A DNA stretch of 64,000 nucleotides from Raillietiella orientalis (taxonomy: Eukaryota): positions 2,976,001 to 3,040,000 of the forward strand of contig JAYWIR010000001.1 of assembly GCA_036172245.1 (NCBI GenBank). Reading direction: 5' to 3'. Made by a program: the position numbers and the translations under genes. The notes beneath the pieces are model-generated. The model ran no database searches. It was given only the letters and a program-made list of their open reading frames with translations, and was not told the origin of the DNA. Positions 1-12,812 of the stretch are shown here, in pieces; the stretch's first letter is position 1; the number at the start of each line of letters is the position of its first letter.

Positions 1-1054
1 TTCACAGTGGCTCCACATCGGGTCCCATTCCCCGAGCGCTCACAGAAAATGGCGCTCCTGCAGCACCCGATCCAGAGAGTAATTTTCTCTCAGTCATTCT
101 CAGCCATGCATTTAAATCGAGATGCGCGGGGAGGGAAAAAGAAGGAAATTCCTGTCCTCTCTGTCTCTCTCGAACTGTGTGAGTTCCGCATCTTCCCTCG
201 TATCTGTTCTGCCGCTATCCACATGTCCTCTATGCTCGGAACTGGATACGAAGGGGAGCTCAGCGGGGGATTGAGTACCTTTTGCATCCCCACTGACCAA
301 ACATCTTAACAGTGCTTTTCAAGGAAGTCTCGTCTTCTTGCTGCCGTCCTTAAGTCGGGCAGGTTGAAGCGTCTGAAGAGACTGCCGAGAACAGGCAGGA
401 TGACCTCACCCTCTGGGATGAAGGAATGTGTTTCCCCAGCTACCTCCTTGGATGCAGGCCGGGCACATTCTGCTATGAACAGTTTTCTCGCAAAGTTTCA
501 AGTTTGCAAGGACACATATGCCTAAATACTCTTCTGTTCATCTCGAGCTCTCGTCGTTCCTCATCATGTTGCTTCCTCCGCTTCCTGTCCTTCGTATGGT
601 AAGAGCTGACCGCTGGGGTTCTCTGGCTGGTTGTCGCCTTTCCGTGTGACGTGGACTGTATGAATATCGCTGGAGTACCGGATGCGCGAAGCTACCATCC
701 GGTCTCCTCATTGTCAGCCAATTGCTTCCTCTGAATTCTTAGCTCTTGCAGTACTTCATTTCCTGGATCCCAGACTCCCAGAGAGCCAACGATGGGTGCA
801 TGTACCTTGCATTGCTTTCCCTCTCTGCCCAGCTGTAGGGCTACCTCCTTGCATCTTTCCTCTTTGTTTCTTCTGGCTGTGCTGAACACCTCTCTTCCAG
901 TTTCGTAAGACTGGTCGTCGTATTCTACTGGGGTTCCTCACAGATTGTCCTTTGGCAAGCAGCCAAGAGGTGCCTTCTCTAGGGTTTTTTATCCTCCATT
1001 TGTCCTTTGCAATACGCGTCAATGGAAGGTACGAACATGCGATATCGGAGGATA

Positions 1055-1470
1055 GCTGCTCCTTCCTTCCTACAGCTAGCTCTGAATGCTCGCCATCTCC
1101 TTCCCGACTTCTTCTTGCAGGTGAGGGCACCATCTCGTAGCCGTCCTCATCAAGGCAGCTGCCATTCGGGTGGCCCCTCTTTGCTGTGAACGAGACCCCA
1201 TCACGGAGCGAGCTGCGATGAATATCACGGATGCAGCATCTCGTTGTGACCACGACGACGACTGCAGTCAGCCTGCCTCGCGTGAAAAATCCCAGCAGCA
1301 AGTCCTTGGCGGCATCCTCTGGGTGGCGGACCGCCAAAGGGAGTCTCTGCCACACGTCCTCAAGGACACCGCAGTCCAACCTGGAACAGTTCGGGGAGGC
1401 ATTTCCCCCTGGAAACCGGGTGCCGGCGCTGGTTGCACTGGAGTCCTCAGTGCAGAAACAGCAGATATGG
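1055..1470 (-). mobile_element. Degenerate 3' fragment of an L1/Tx1-type non-LTR retrotransposon ORF2
   Basis: Near-duplicate of 7500-7905. Ends in ALMRTATRWCPHL...*, homologous to the zf-RVT-bearing copies at about 12.2 kb and 15.1 kb. Confidence 0.7.
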
Positions 1471-3441
1471 AAGATGCGAAATGGAAGGAGGAACGGGATT
1501 TTTCACCGTCTCCGCAATGTGGTCATCCATGTGACCCTCAAGAAGAGACTATGCTTCTTGGAGGCTTGTGGGTCGGGCATTGTGAACAGTGACCCGAACG
1601 ATACCTCCAGGACAAATCCTAATAGTGTTGGACGTGTAGAGGAGGATTGCCTCAGGAAATGGATGATGAGGCAATCCTCTTGGCGCCAAGGGAGCTTCAA
1701 CTGTTTGAGCACGAACCAAATCATCTCTTGGTTGCCAGGTTCCCGCACTAATAATAACTCGCAGGTGTGCTCTTGGAAAAGAAGTGAAGAGCCAGTTCTG
1801 GATGTTGGCTCTCACATCGTTGTCTTGAATTCTTCACAACTGTTGTGGAGTTCCCTAGGAGGTGTCAAAGTCACTCGCCTCTTGTCCCGAAGCACCAAGT
1901 CGGGACTTTGGGTTGACTTCATGCATGGGTTGAGGATGCCTGCATCAGAAGACTGACAGCAGTCTCTTGATCCGGATTACTAGGTTGTCATACCTGCAGA
2001 GGATGGGATTGGAGTTGGGAGTCACTGAGTGACATCGTATACCCCTCAGCAGCAACAAAGAAAGAATAAGCGTATATGCAAGGTTCATTTCAAAATCGGA
2101 CTGTCACGTGACCTTTTCGGCCCACGCGCCTGGACGCCTTGAATATCCACCTGGGGTGAATTCTCCCCAGGACAGCTCTGCAGCTTCTCAAACGAGTCCG
2201 TTCTTCCGTGCCGATGAATCAAAGAAAAAGAAGATGCTGAGAAAAGCAGATGGTGGACGAGGAGAGACATCGAGATCGAACTGCTGGCCACACCTGCAAG
2301 TCGTTGCTGCCTAAGGCAAGCTGCAACTTCACTAAAGTGGGTGTCACAAACGAAAGAAGCTGGCGGACTGATGAAAGATTTCTCTGAAGGATCCGAACAC
2401 AACTCCGTTCAAGAGGATGGGCGGGGCAGTCAGCCGCCATCATGGAGAGACCAGCTGCAGCAGACAAACATGGACGCGCATCCCGGACGATCTTCCGAAG
2501 CAAATGGTCCACATGAGAAGGACGTTGAAAAGTGGAAGCGAAAAAGTTGAACGCGGACGAACCAGAGGTGAAGAACTGCGGGGACTGACGGTGAAAGCGG
2601 ATACACAGAGGAAACGGACTCATCAGGAAACGCGCATCGCCACCGCCGTCGCATAAGAACAAGAGATTGCCGGCTCCTCCCGCAAAAAACCTTTCCAGCG
2701 ATCTGCTTCCGGCCCTTTTCCCAAATATCTTGCATATGCAAGTGACGTCACGCCTCCAGCCTTTAAGCAACAGTCTTCCGGTATTGCTCACGATTCTAGG
2801 ACCAGAAGCATCGAGCCTGCTTCCTGGAAACGTAACGCAACCGGTAGGAGATGTCTCCAAGAAGGAAAGCAGATGCGCATGCTGCGAATCTGAAACTCCT
2901 GATCTTTTATGCTCAGCGCCAAGCACCCGCAACGATGAAGAGGAGTTTCAAAAGGCAAAGGGAAGTAAGTAGTTCACCTGGCTGGGGTCCCGGAATTTCC
3001 AGCAGAACTTCACAGGACAAGACTCGGAAGAGTGCAAAGAGAAAGAAGGTCAACACGGGATCACTCAAAAGCTACCAGTCGTAAGAGCAGCTGCTTCCAT
3101 GGTGCTGCGATCTCTGTGATCTCAGCAAAGGAGCCGGAGAATCGCAAGTTGAATCCAAACGAGAAGCTGCGCGGCAACATCCGATCTCAAGGCACGCAGA
3201 CCAAACACTGAATTGATCGAACTAAGGAGCTGCACAAGACGAAAGAGAAGGACTGGTTCCTTGCACTCTCCACCATCTTCTTAGAGTGTCCAATGCATCC
3301 ACAGGACATCCACCGGATGTCCTCCAAAAGACCAAGCGCAGAACCACATCCGACAGAATTACACCAACCTTTAGGCCCTTCATCCAACTCCCAAGTTCAA
3401 GCAGGAAGGACTCAGTCCAGTGGGAAGGCACATGGTGTGTG

Positions 3442-3568
3442 TCGTTCTCCTGGAGGATCCGCCTTCGACCTCACTTACTCGGATGCCCGTTCCAATCCCA
3501 GCAGCCATTCCGTCCGATCGAGGGCCCCGCACCTCAGCAAAGGAGCAGTCTCAACTCTGGAACGAGGG
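3442..3568 (+). repeat. Dispersed direct repeat, copy 1
   Basis: TCGTTCTCCTGGAGGATCCGCCTTCGACCTCACTTACT...ATGCCCGT...TCGAGGGC...CTGGAACGAG recurs at 5858-5948. Confidence 0.75.
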
Positions 3569-3734
3569 TCGCAGGAGCAGCCCCTAGCCAACAGCGTCGA
3601 AGCAGGACCAGACAAGAGGAACAGCCGTCCTCCCGGCGCCGTTCGCGGTGCTAAAAAGCGTCTCCACCCGGCCATTTCCGGATCTTCGTGTTATTTCCCT
3701 CACCTGCTTCTTCCGTTCTTCTTTTCCTTCCAGC

Positions 3735-4620
3735 TTTTTTTGAGGGGGGTCGCAAAGTACCTCAGAGCCGGTCGCGTGCCTCACGGCGCATGTGGCTCTT
3801 TAAACACATTGTTTAGTTTCCACGTCTCTCCCCTGCGTGCAACCCCGCAGGGGGGCGTGTAATTCTTCAGGATAGAGGGCACCCCGCGATGGGGGTCCAC
3901 CCTATGAATCCAGGAAGATCTAGGAGTCCGTTCCTCTCACGCTTGGGGAGGGATCCCCCCGGATGGGGGGATCGCACCTCCCACCCTGGTTGTCTCCAAA
4001 GGGGAACCCCGAAGGGAATCTCCTTCCTCATTCTCTCCGGAGGGACACCCCTCTAATGGGAAGGGTGGCCCTCTTCACTTCATCTTCTCCGAAGGGAACC
4101 GGAAAGGATCGGCTAGTAGGAATTTCTTCTCCGGAGGGAACCCGCAAGGGAACCGTTCCTGTTCACTCCTCTGAAGAGAACCTCGAAGGGACGCTTCCGA
4201 AACTCAGAAGGGGCACTGCAGCTTCCCACAGGGAATCGCTCTCGCTTGCTTCCTTGCACTCTGTCAAGAGGCGAGGACTCGGAGGGTTCCCCCGCAACAG
4301 GGGAGTCCGCTCCTTTGAACAACTGGAGAGGTGCCTGTGAGGGCTCCTGCTCCATCTTGAAACCTGAGGGGTCCCCCGGTGAGGAGGATCCGCTCTCCGC
4401 TGCACGACAGGAGTGGGATCTCTTCACTCCTTTATTCCTGGAGAGACCCGAAGGTCGACTCCCATTGTTTCAGCCTTCATCGGGGGCCTCCGGCTTAATC
4501 CACCGCCGGTGCCACGCCCGAATGATTAGGCCAACCAGCGCCATTGTAGGAGAAACTCGGAACCCAACGACGCAGTGGCGTCAGTTTCTGCCGGAGCATT
4601 CGAACACGCGACGTTGGGAC
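3735..4620 (-). mobile_element. Hairpin-rich tRNA-headed SINE-like repeat, copy A (long form)
   Basis: Shares ordered anchor motifs with copies B, C, E and F. Region 3840-4210 is the close reverse complement of 22470-22845. Degenerate T-arm motifs at about 4550-4606. T-run (sense A-tail) at about 3735. Confidence 0.75.
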
Positions 4621-4759
4621 GACAAAAAAGGCTACTTGGTATATTTTCGTATCAGAAAACAGTCGCGGAAGGTGGTGGTGCTGGTGCCTCGCGCGGAAGC
4701 CTTAACCACAAAGCCTCCGACGCGGGCAGCTTTTTTGGGGGGAGGAGGTGGGGGAGGTC

Positions 4760-5345
4760 TTTTTTTGTTGAGTCTCTGAGCACTTCAAGAACCGTTGCGC
4801 GCTTGGCGGCTCACGCAGCTCTTTGACACTGTTCCACGCCACCTGAGGGTGCATGTGTTTCTTCAAGATAGGGGATGCCCCCAGAGGGGGACGTCCTGGT
4901 TTCCTCCTCTGAAGAGAACCCCGAAGAAGGGAATTTCTCAGAAGGGCGCTTTCTGAAGGGAGCGGCACTCTTCTTTGCACTCTGGAGAGACATCATCAAC
5001 CCACCAGCTCCATGGTAAGAGACGGACGGTCACCCCGAAGATGGGGGTCCACTACTTTGCACAACCGGAGGGGAACCCCGAAGGGACTCCTTGATTCTGT
5101 TTCCTGGAAGGACTCGGAGGGTCGACTTCCAATCCCAGCCATTGATCGGGGAATCCGGTTTTTACCTGCTTCTACCTGTGTCTCACTCGATTGTGGACCA
5201 ACCAGCGTCATCTTGCAGGAGGAACTCGAACCCAAGACGCACCCCCGATTTCTCGGTGTCGATCCTTTCCCGAGTGGAGTTGGAACCCGCGGCGCTTGGT
5301 GCCACGCGCAGAGACCGCAACCATGTGGCCTCGGATGCGGGGCCC
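4760..5345 (-). mobile_element. Hairpin-rich tRNA-headed SINE-like repeat, copy B
   Basis: Sense-strand GGGTTCCAACTCC and GGGTTCGAGTTCC T-arm-like motifs. Anchors CCTCCGGTTGTG, CAGAGTGCAAAGAAG and CTTGAAGAAACACATGCACCCTCAGGTGGC. A-rich tail. Confidence 0.8.
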
Positions 5346-5857
5346 TTTTCCTTCCGCTCCTGTTCTTCCTGCTCTTCCCCATTTTTTCCCGACCTCCTTC
5401 GCCGCCGACCTGCGTGCCAGCGTGCCCTGGATCGGGCATGAAAGGCAGTCCGACATGTGTTGGCTGATATCTTAGCCGACGTGCCTGCACGACCAGGTCA
5501 CGAAAGATGCGACGAGGCTGGACAGGTCTAGGAAACGGTGGATGCTGCTGGATCATACCTTGCGGCGAGAAGTGGAGAGCGACTTGGATCTAGAGATGAA
5601 TGGACGCGTCGAGATGAGGTATTGACGATGTCGAAAGACGTTTGAATCTGCTGGAGGAGATTCATCTCGCGCGACACACTTCGGTGTTTCCCCTAGTGGA
5701 AACCTCCTCCGACAGCATCTCACTGTTCCTCTGAACCCACGATCTCCTTGGGGGGAGGGGATGCTCACCCCACGGAAGGGAAACCGGGATCCAAGTAGAC
5801 GCAACTTCTTGCATCCGAGTCGAAGAAAAAACACCCTCCAAGGAAAGCAATCAGAAT

Positions 5858-5948
5858 CGTTCTCCTGGAGGACCCGCCTTCGACCTCACTTACTTGAATG
5901 CCCGTAACCACTCCCACGCGTCGAGGGCGGGCTGAATGCTGGAACGAG
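5858..5948 (+). repeat. Dispersed direct repeat, copy 2
   Basis: Same motif series as 3442-3568. Confidence 0.75.
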
Positions 5949-7497
5949 AAGATGGGAGGGGAAATGAGGAAGAGGAGAAGGCAGTCAAAGATGATCCTTA
6001 TGGGTGGTGGTCGGAGGAGAACGGAGGCAGAAAAACGACATCTCTCTCTAGCAGAAGCGTAACGGACGGAAGGACGCTAGACGCTTCCGTGAGACCTCCT
6101 TTCCGATCACCAGGCTCAAGCGGGGAACCTCCGCAGACTCCTTACGAGAAACCGGACGCGTTGTCGCTGGGCATTTGCTTTTCCCTTTCATCTTCTTGGT
6201 CAAAATTCAATACGTTGGTTCCTTGTCGTCGGCAAGCCTTTGGTGAAATGACCTCAGGTTCCATTCTTCCATATCTCTGCGTTCTCCAGGAGAGAGAGAA
6301 AAAAAAGGAAGGAATGGAAAAAAAGGACCTTAGAATGTTTCCAAAGACATTTTTTTCTTCCATACATCCTTCATTCCTTGTTTTTATTCCTCCTCTGCAC
6401 CCAGCCATTTCCCCACCATTTTCGGTTACCACTGTTACTGTGGTTGCCGTGGAGAACGCGGAGATCCGGCAGCATGGAGCCCGAGATATCGGAATTTTTT
6501 TAGAGATAAAAACAGCCGTTTTTTTTTCTGGTCAGTGAAGGGGAAAGAAGAAAGGACGAACATTAACCTCCATCGGTCCCGGTTGCAAGGGGAGGAAACT
6601 GGAGGAAGACGGTCATAGGAAAGAGGGCCAGACGCGAAAGTAGCTCGAGGCACCCGCCGCGAGATGGCGCGACGCTAGCAGCCATCCCAAATCTCCAGAA
6701 GGGTCGACGGGGCAAACGAGAACTCGCCAGTGTGGTGTGTGGTTCTCCCGCTCCCCCCAGCCTCACCCTGTTCAGAGTCTGAGCGAACTTTGCGCCAGAT
6801 GGCCGGAGATGCGCCACATCCCTCATCTCCCTTCAACTGTTGAATTCGGTTCTCGGAAGACTTCCCCCTTGCAGACGCCCCCGCATTCATCAAGAGAGTA
6901 GGAGGGAAAAAATCCAGTAGGAAGCATCGTCGAGAATCGAAGGCAGCGAAGAAGGTCAAGAAGGGGCCGCAAGTAGCAGCCTCGTGGGAGGCAAAAGGTG
7001 CGCGCTGTCTCTTCACCACGAAACCGTCTTCCAGCAGCAGCAGCAGCGTGCTCAGGAGCCAGGTCGGAGAGGAGAGGAGGTTCTTGCCGCAGGAAACGGT
7101 TTCAAAACGCGTCGATGATGAAGGGCGTGGCTGAAGTGTCCGCTTTCATGATGCAGGGAGCAGCGGAGGTAAACTGGAGGCTCCGAGAACACAAAGGCTG
7201 CAGATCCACGAAATTCACCTTCCCGGTTGCCCAATGAGTTGACCAGAGATGGATGCAAGATTTGTGGAACGAAACGAAGCGGTGTCTCCGGTACCCGGTC
7301 ACGCTGGGACGTTCATTAAAAAATAAATGAATTGCAAACAATAATGAAATACAAAACAATAGCAACAAAGAATTCACTGGGGATGACCACCAGCTCACAA
7401 GCCGGCTTCTAAGGGAGTCAGGAGCAGGAAGGAAGGAACAATAAATAAAGTAAACAAAAGGAAGGAGAGGATGAATAAGTACAGGGATCTTTGGTCT

Positions 7498-8100
7498 AGC
7501 TGCTCCGTTCCTCCTACAGCTGGTGTTCAATACTGGCGATACCTGCCGACTTCTCGAGAAGTGAGGGCACCATCTCGTAGCCGTCCTCATCAATGCAGCT
7601 GCCATTCGGGTGGCCTCTCTTTGCTGTGAACGAGACCCCATAACGGAGCGAGCTGCGATGAATATCGCGGATGCAGCATCTCGTTGTGACCACGACGACG
7701 ACTGCAGTCAGCCTGCCTCGTGAAAAATCCCAGCAGCAAGTCCTTGGAGGCGTCCTCAGGGTGGCAGACCGCCAAAGGGAGTCTCTGCCACACGTCCTCA
7801 AGTTCACCGTAGTCCAACCTGGAACAGTTCGGGGAGGCAACTCTCCCGGAAACCGGGTACCGGCGCTGGCTGCACCGGAATGCCCAATGCAGAAACAGCA
7901 GGACATCCTATTTCCACAGCAGTGGGAACACGGAGGTGTCCGTACACTCAGTGAAGGGACCGCGAGTTCATCGGCGAGGCACCGACCAGGTCGCTCCCCC
8001 CCGAAGGAGTCCCTTCGCCCTGAAACGAGGAGTGGCGCCGTCCACGAACTCGCTCGTCTTGCAGCCGTCTAGGAGTTCCTCGACTCCTGCAATGCTGCGG
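7498..8100 (-). mobile_element. Degenerate 3' fragment of an L1/Tx1-type LINE ORF2
   Basis: Matches 1055-1470 over about 400 nt, and 15170-15390 (GAAACGAGGAGTGG...CTCGCTCGTCTTGCAGCCGTC). Confidence 0.72.
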
Positions 8101-9519
8101 GAGGACCCATAACCCGCCGGTTGGCTGCTGTCACTGTTTGTCTTGAGAGAAGACAGAGCTGCCCCAAAAGGTGAGGTGGCCATCCGGGACCACTGCCCCC
8201 AGTCCTGCAGGATATCCCTTAGCAGTTCTCACAGGACTTTCCGCAGCGGACAAAGTTCCTCCGGGATCACTTTCAGAGTGATTACCCAGGACTCCTGTGC
8301 CTCCTGCCGTCAGGAGTTCCAGTTTTAGGGGAGGCAGGAGATCCAAGGTCTCTGCAATTCACAGCGAGAGCTGATGACAAGAACTCTTGAAATTCTGCGA
8401 AGCAGAAGAAAGGGCAAAGGGAATGGGAAGCGAACAGTCGCAGTGTCAAGTGGAGAAGGTCATGTCACTAAAGGATAGTTGGGAGATCCGAGTGAGGCGC
8501 AGAAGCCTCCTCTTGGCCAAGAAGCACCGCCTAAAATCTCTTTCCTTTCCTTCCGTCTCTTCTGTTCTCCACGTGTGGATTTCGTCCTCACATATGCAGC
8601 GTCCACACACGCAGCGCATTTCTTGCTTCTGCTGCTAAACACAACGGACCCTCAAACCTATTGGAAAAGATGGTGGCCCCATCCTTCTCTCGAGTATTGC
8701 GGGACAGTTTTCTGTGCGCCGAAGAGAAATACGAGTTCCACTGTGGGAACTTCAGATCGAAATATCTGGCCGTTGAAATGAAAATCTGCGCTTCTTGGGA
8801 AACGAAGCTGCAGGTTCTGCGGTGCACCCGCCCATTAGATGGACTGAAAACGACAAGGGAACGTTGGCGGTCTCCCAAACTGAACCATTCTTCCCGGAAA
8901 GCAACAGAGTCTCGAAGGTAAATAGGTTGTAGGAGAAGTCGGAGCACGGAAAAAGCTCTCCAAAACCTACGATCCAAAGACCCAGCACAGTTCCAGTTCC
9001 GTTCGCGGTGAGGAGCTGCGTATAGTTTCCTGGCATCAAGGGAAGCATCTTGTTCTTTCGCATGGAGTGGTGGGGCAGCAGCCAGAAGAGCACAGGGGCG
9101 TGCCCCTTGCCTGAAGAGCCGGATCATCCCATCAGCCCCTCTGGAACAATCACGTGAAACTGCGGCACGCGATGAGGACGTTTCCGTTTTCTGCAGCCTT
9201 AAAGTCCGAGCGCGATTCACCCGGCCTTCCTGCTGGTCGAATCGACCGTCTACGAACTTCAGTCTCGAATGCTCACCCATGGCCTCCTCAAGGTCTACTG
9301 ATGACTCCTGGGAAGCAAAAAAACACACACAAACACACATCTAACACTCAGCAGAGCTCAGCACACTTTTCCGGACCTTACAACCTGAATCTGCATTTAA
9401 AAGATTCGTCTCGCAAGGCTAGAGATCAGTTTTCCCCCTGCTGGAAATCCTTTGGGATTCTCCCGTTTTTGCTGCTTCCCTTCCAGTTTTTTTTTTTTTT
9501 GTTTTCGGGCGTTCTTTTC

Positions 9520-10232
9520 CTTTTTTTTTTTCGATTCCCAAGAAGTGCTGAAGAACCGTTCGTCTCCTTAGGGAAGACTCATGAAGCTCTTTAACGCTGC
9601 CCATGCCACCCGAGGATGCATGTGACTCTTCAAGTTATGGACGGTGCACAAAGAGAGAACCACCCCATGAATCCAGGAAAGCTCTGGATGAAAGAGTCCT
9701 TTCCTCTTACTCTTGGTAGGGAACCCTCTCCCTGGTTGTATCGGAAGGCCCCTCCCGAAGGAGGCCACTCCATTATTTCCTCTCCGTAGGGTACCCGCAC
9801 GGGAACCGCTCCTTGTTTTCCCGCCTCTGAGGAGAATTCCGAAGGGACGTTTCCCAACTTCCCTGAAGGGCGCTTCTTCGCACTCTGGAGAGGCAACCCC
9901 CCGAGGGGATGTCAACCAAATCCGTGGTACAGGATGGAGGGCTCCATTTTCACAACCGGAGGGGAGCCATCTCCTTGATTCCTGGAAGGACCCCGGAGAG
10001 TCAAATTGCAATCCCGACCAATCAGCGGGGGCTTCCGGCTTCCACCGCACTCACCCTAAGCCTGCAGCCCGACCCGCATCATCCTGCGGGCGGGGGGGCG
10101 CTCGAAACCTACGACGGAACCTCCCACTTATCAGCGTCGACCCTTCTCCGGGCGGGATTCGAACCCCCGGCTCTCGGTGCCGCTCACGGAGGCAGCAGTC
10201 ACGCAGCCGCCAACGCTGGCTGCTTCAGCTAC
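9520..10232 (-). mobile_element. Hairpin-rich tRNA-headed SINE-like repeat, copy C (apparently full length)
   Basis: Sense start GCAGCCAGCGTT, perfect B-box GGTTCGAATCCC at about 10155-10166, all anchors present, CCTCC-TTCG-GGAGG hairpin at 9751-9764, A-tail at 9521-9531. Confidence 0.85.
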
Positions 10233-12099
10233 ACCGAAAGGATAGGAAACGCTAACGTTTCATGAATCTATGCCCGAAGATGTAAAATTAGATGATGCTA
10301 ATTGCCAATTAGCACCCATGTTGAATTTGTTTACAGATATCAACGCGTCTCCCGATATCGACTCGCCTTCCTCCTCAGGGTGATATCCTTTGGGTGTTCA
10401 CCCTCGAGGGTCCACGTCTTCGAACGGAAGGCGAGCCTTTCTAATGGCGTCCTTCTCATTAGAGAGAACGCTGGCTCAGCATCCACTGATCTCCTTTGGA
10501 GATGGAAGCCGAAAGTTTCGGTTCGGCGCATCACTCTGTCTGGGATGATGCCGGACGGAGTGCGAGACGCCCTCTGACAGGAAGGTAGGGAACGGCAGCA
10601 CGAGAAGGGGATCTGATGACAGAACCGCTGTCGGGACCCATGGCCGCATCTCCAGCTTCTTTTCCCACGGTTCCGAATGTTCTCCGCGTCGTGCCGCACA
10701 CTTCTGCTGTTGGCAAGGCAACGAAATCGACGGCCCGGACGAAAGGTTAAACGGCTCTTTGAGAATTTAAGCAGAACGTAGTTTCGGAGCGAAAATCGCC
10801 CAAATTCGAGAAAGGACTTCCTGGACGCTCAAGGATACGAAGAAGCGATTGCCGAAGCTCTTGGGGAGAGCACGGAGAGGTGCCTTTGGCAATTTCTTAG
10901 CGGCCGATGAAAAGCTGGACTCTAGAAAGAGAGCTGGCTTCTGTTTTTCTTGCACGGAGACACCGAGGCATTCAGATCACCTGTGAACACCAGTGGATTT
11001 CTTATGTCACAGACTTTCGAAATCTTCATAAGGTCAAAGTGGAGGAATTTCGAACGCAACGAAGCACGAGGACAGGCAGGGTCGACAAAGGATGATTCTC
11101 ATCTCTAAGTATAAATTAGTCACGAGAAAGGTTTGGGTCAACTGCGGGTCAAGTTTGGATACGTAGATGCAAGCCTGTATCGAAATAGGGATTGAACGGT
11201 ACGTCTATTCGAGAATAATGAGTTGAATACGATAAACGCGGAGTACGCAACCTCCCGTTGCTCTCATATGAGATGAGTTGGAACACAGCGGACGTCCCAG
11301 AAGGAGCACCTATGCAAGGGATGAGACCTTGCTGAGTCAGGAGATCGACCTAGATGCTGATAATTATGGGTAACTTTGTTCCTCGTAAGTACGAGATGAT
11401 TAGCGACAAACTGATGGAAGACAATACCGAAAGAGAAATGGTAAAATGGGCCGGGGTATTAGGTGTTGGCATCTTCTGTATCACAGCGGAATTGGACACA
11501 AACTGATGTTACTTGGATGTTGATGGGTTAAGTAAGTCGGATGCTGCGTGCCGCAAAGTATAGTTGAGCATCGGTGAGACGGCTGGAAAATTATTGCTTC
11601 TCGTGGTATCTTTGCTGCAATGAGATTCGCGGATCCTCTGGGTCTGGGCAAAACGTAAGTTTCCCTCGCCGGCGCCCTGGGATGGACCATACTCTGTAGT
11701 GCTTCCTGAGGAGCATGATCCCGCCGTTCCCGAGGCTATGAAGACGTCTTAAAACCGGCTCTTCGCTGGAACGCGAACGACCTCACCCAAACTTGTCCAC
11801 AGAGCAATTCAAGTGAAAACTGAGTTGTCGCTTCAGGAAAGGTAGGGGTCTCCCGGGAGAAGATTTCGAGGAAGGAGGATGTAGAAACCGGGCGGAAAAC
11901 GCATGTGTGCAAGACGGTTGCGACACACCACTGGGAGCATCGGGAACCGTGCGACCGAAAAATTTACAATCCCTCTAAGAGCAGTTCACGCCGGTTGCCT
12001 GCCTTGCCATCCCTAGCTGGGTTTTGCGTCCTCGGATTGAAAACCTCTTCGCTGGCTCCCTGCTTGGTGCAAGAAGGTAGAAATCCCAATTTGGCGCCT

Positions 12100-12812
12100 C
12101 ACCTGTGTCTAGAGAAAGCACCTTTAACAGGGGCAGTCGAATCACCTTTGACCCTCCCCTTAAAATGGCAGGAGTCAGCGCTACTGTTGCAGCAATGGGG
12201 ACTCCCCTGCAACGCCCGCCGACACCACTGGACCTGAGGAGCGGTGGACCCCAATTGTGTTAGGTGTGGGGAACGGGAGTCCCTCCCCCACCTACTTGTG
12301 GATTGTGTTGCCCTTCGGCTCCCTTTGCTACGCTTTGCCACAGCCATCCGAATCCCCTGCTGCAACTCCAGGGACGCCTTGAAAGCTCTCTTCGTTGCCG
12401 ACGCCCTTCGGCCTGTGGCCTTGTTAGCAGCCCTGTGCTGCCTTCGCGGGATCGTCGCCGCTTGAAGCAAGGCTGCGGGAAGACCACGCGAAAAGGGTGC
12501 CATCCAACACGCCGCCGAATTTTTGAGGAGGGCGTCACGATGGCCTCACCTGGATCCCCGAATACAGGAAGAGCTTGCTGGCATCCTGCGAAGGATGCAA
12601 CGGCCCCAGAAGCTACAGTGATCCCTTGCCTTACCCTCCCACCTTTTCTTTTCTTTTTGTTTAGTTTTTTGTTTATCCCCCTTCCCCCTGCTGCCGTGGT
12701 GGACCGTACCGGTCTGCGAACCGGTGACCCGGCAGGCTCTGTGTTTCTTCGTGCGTCGCTGGAGCACTGGTCCAGCCACAGCACGTCTTTGTAAAAGTTT
12801 GTTTGAAATAAA
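12100..12812 (+). mobile_element. 3' end of an L1/Tx1-type LINE (zf-RVT zinc knuckle, in-frame stops, 3' UTR)
   Basis: Reads LKWQESALLLQQWGLPCNARRHHWT*GAVDPNCVRCGERESLPHLLVDC...RRASRWPHL, then a T-rich UTR ending TGTAAAAGTTTGTTTGAAATAAA. Confidence 0.72.

Noticed and set aside
4171..4205. CTGAAGA-G...C-GAAA hammerhead core on the antisense strand of SINE-like copy A
   Set aside because: GAAA is not conserved in copies B, C or D (AAAA in D), and no stem I/III with NUH can be formed.
8372..8412. Hammerhead-like CTGATGA-caagaactctt-GAAA followed by a hairpin
   Set aside because: The 10.1-11.1 pair is C/U, there is no NUH cleavage triplet after stem III, and there is no stem I partner.
10130..10215. 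tRNA gene at GGTTCGAATCCC (also near 63777)
   Set aside because: No cloverleaf D-arm, anticodon arm or acceptor stem; these are heads of the dispersed repeat.
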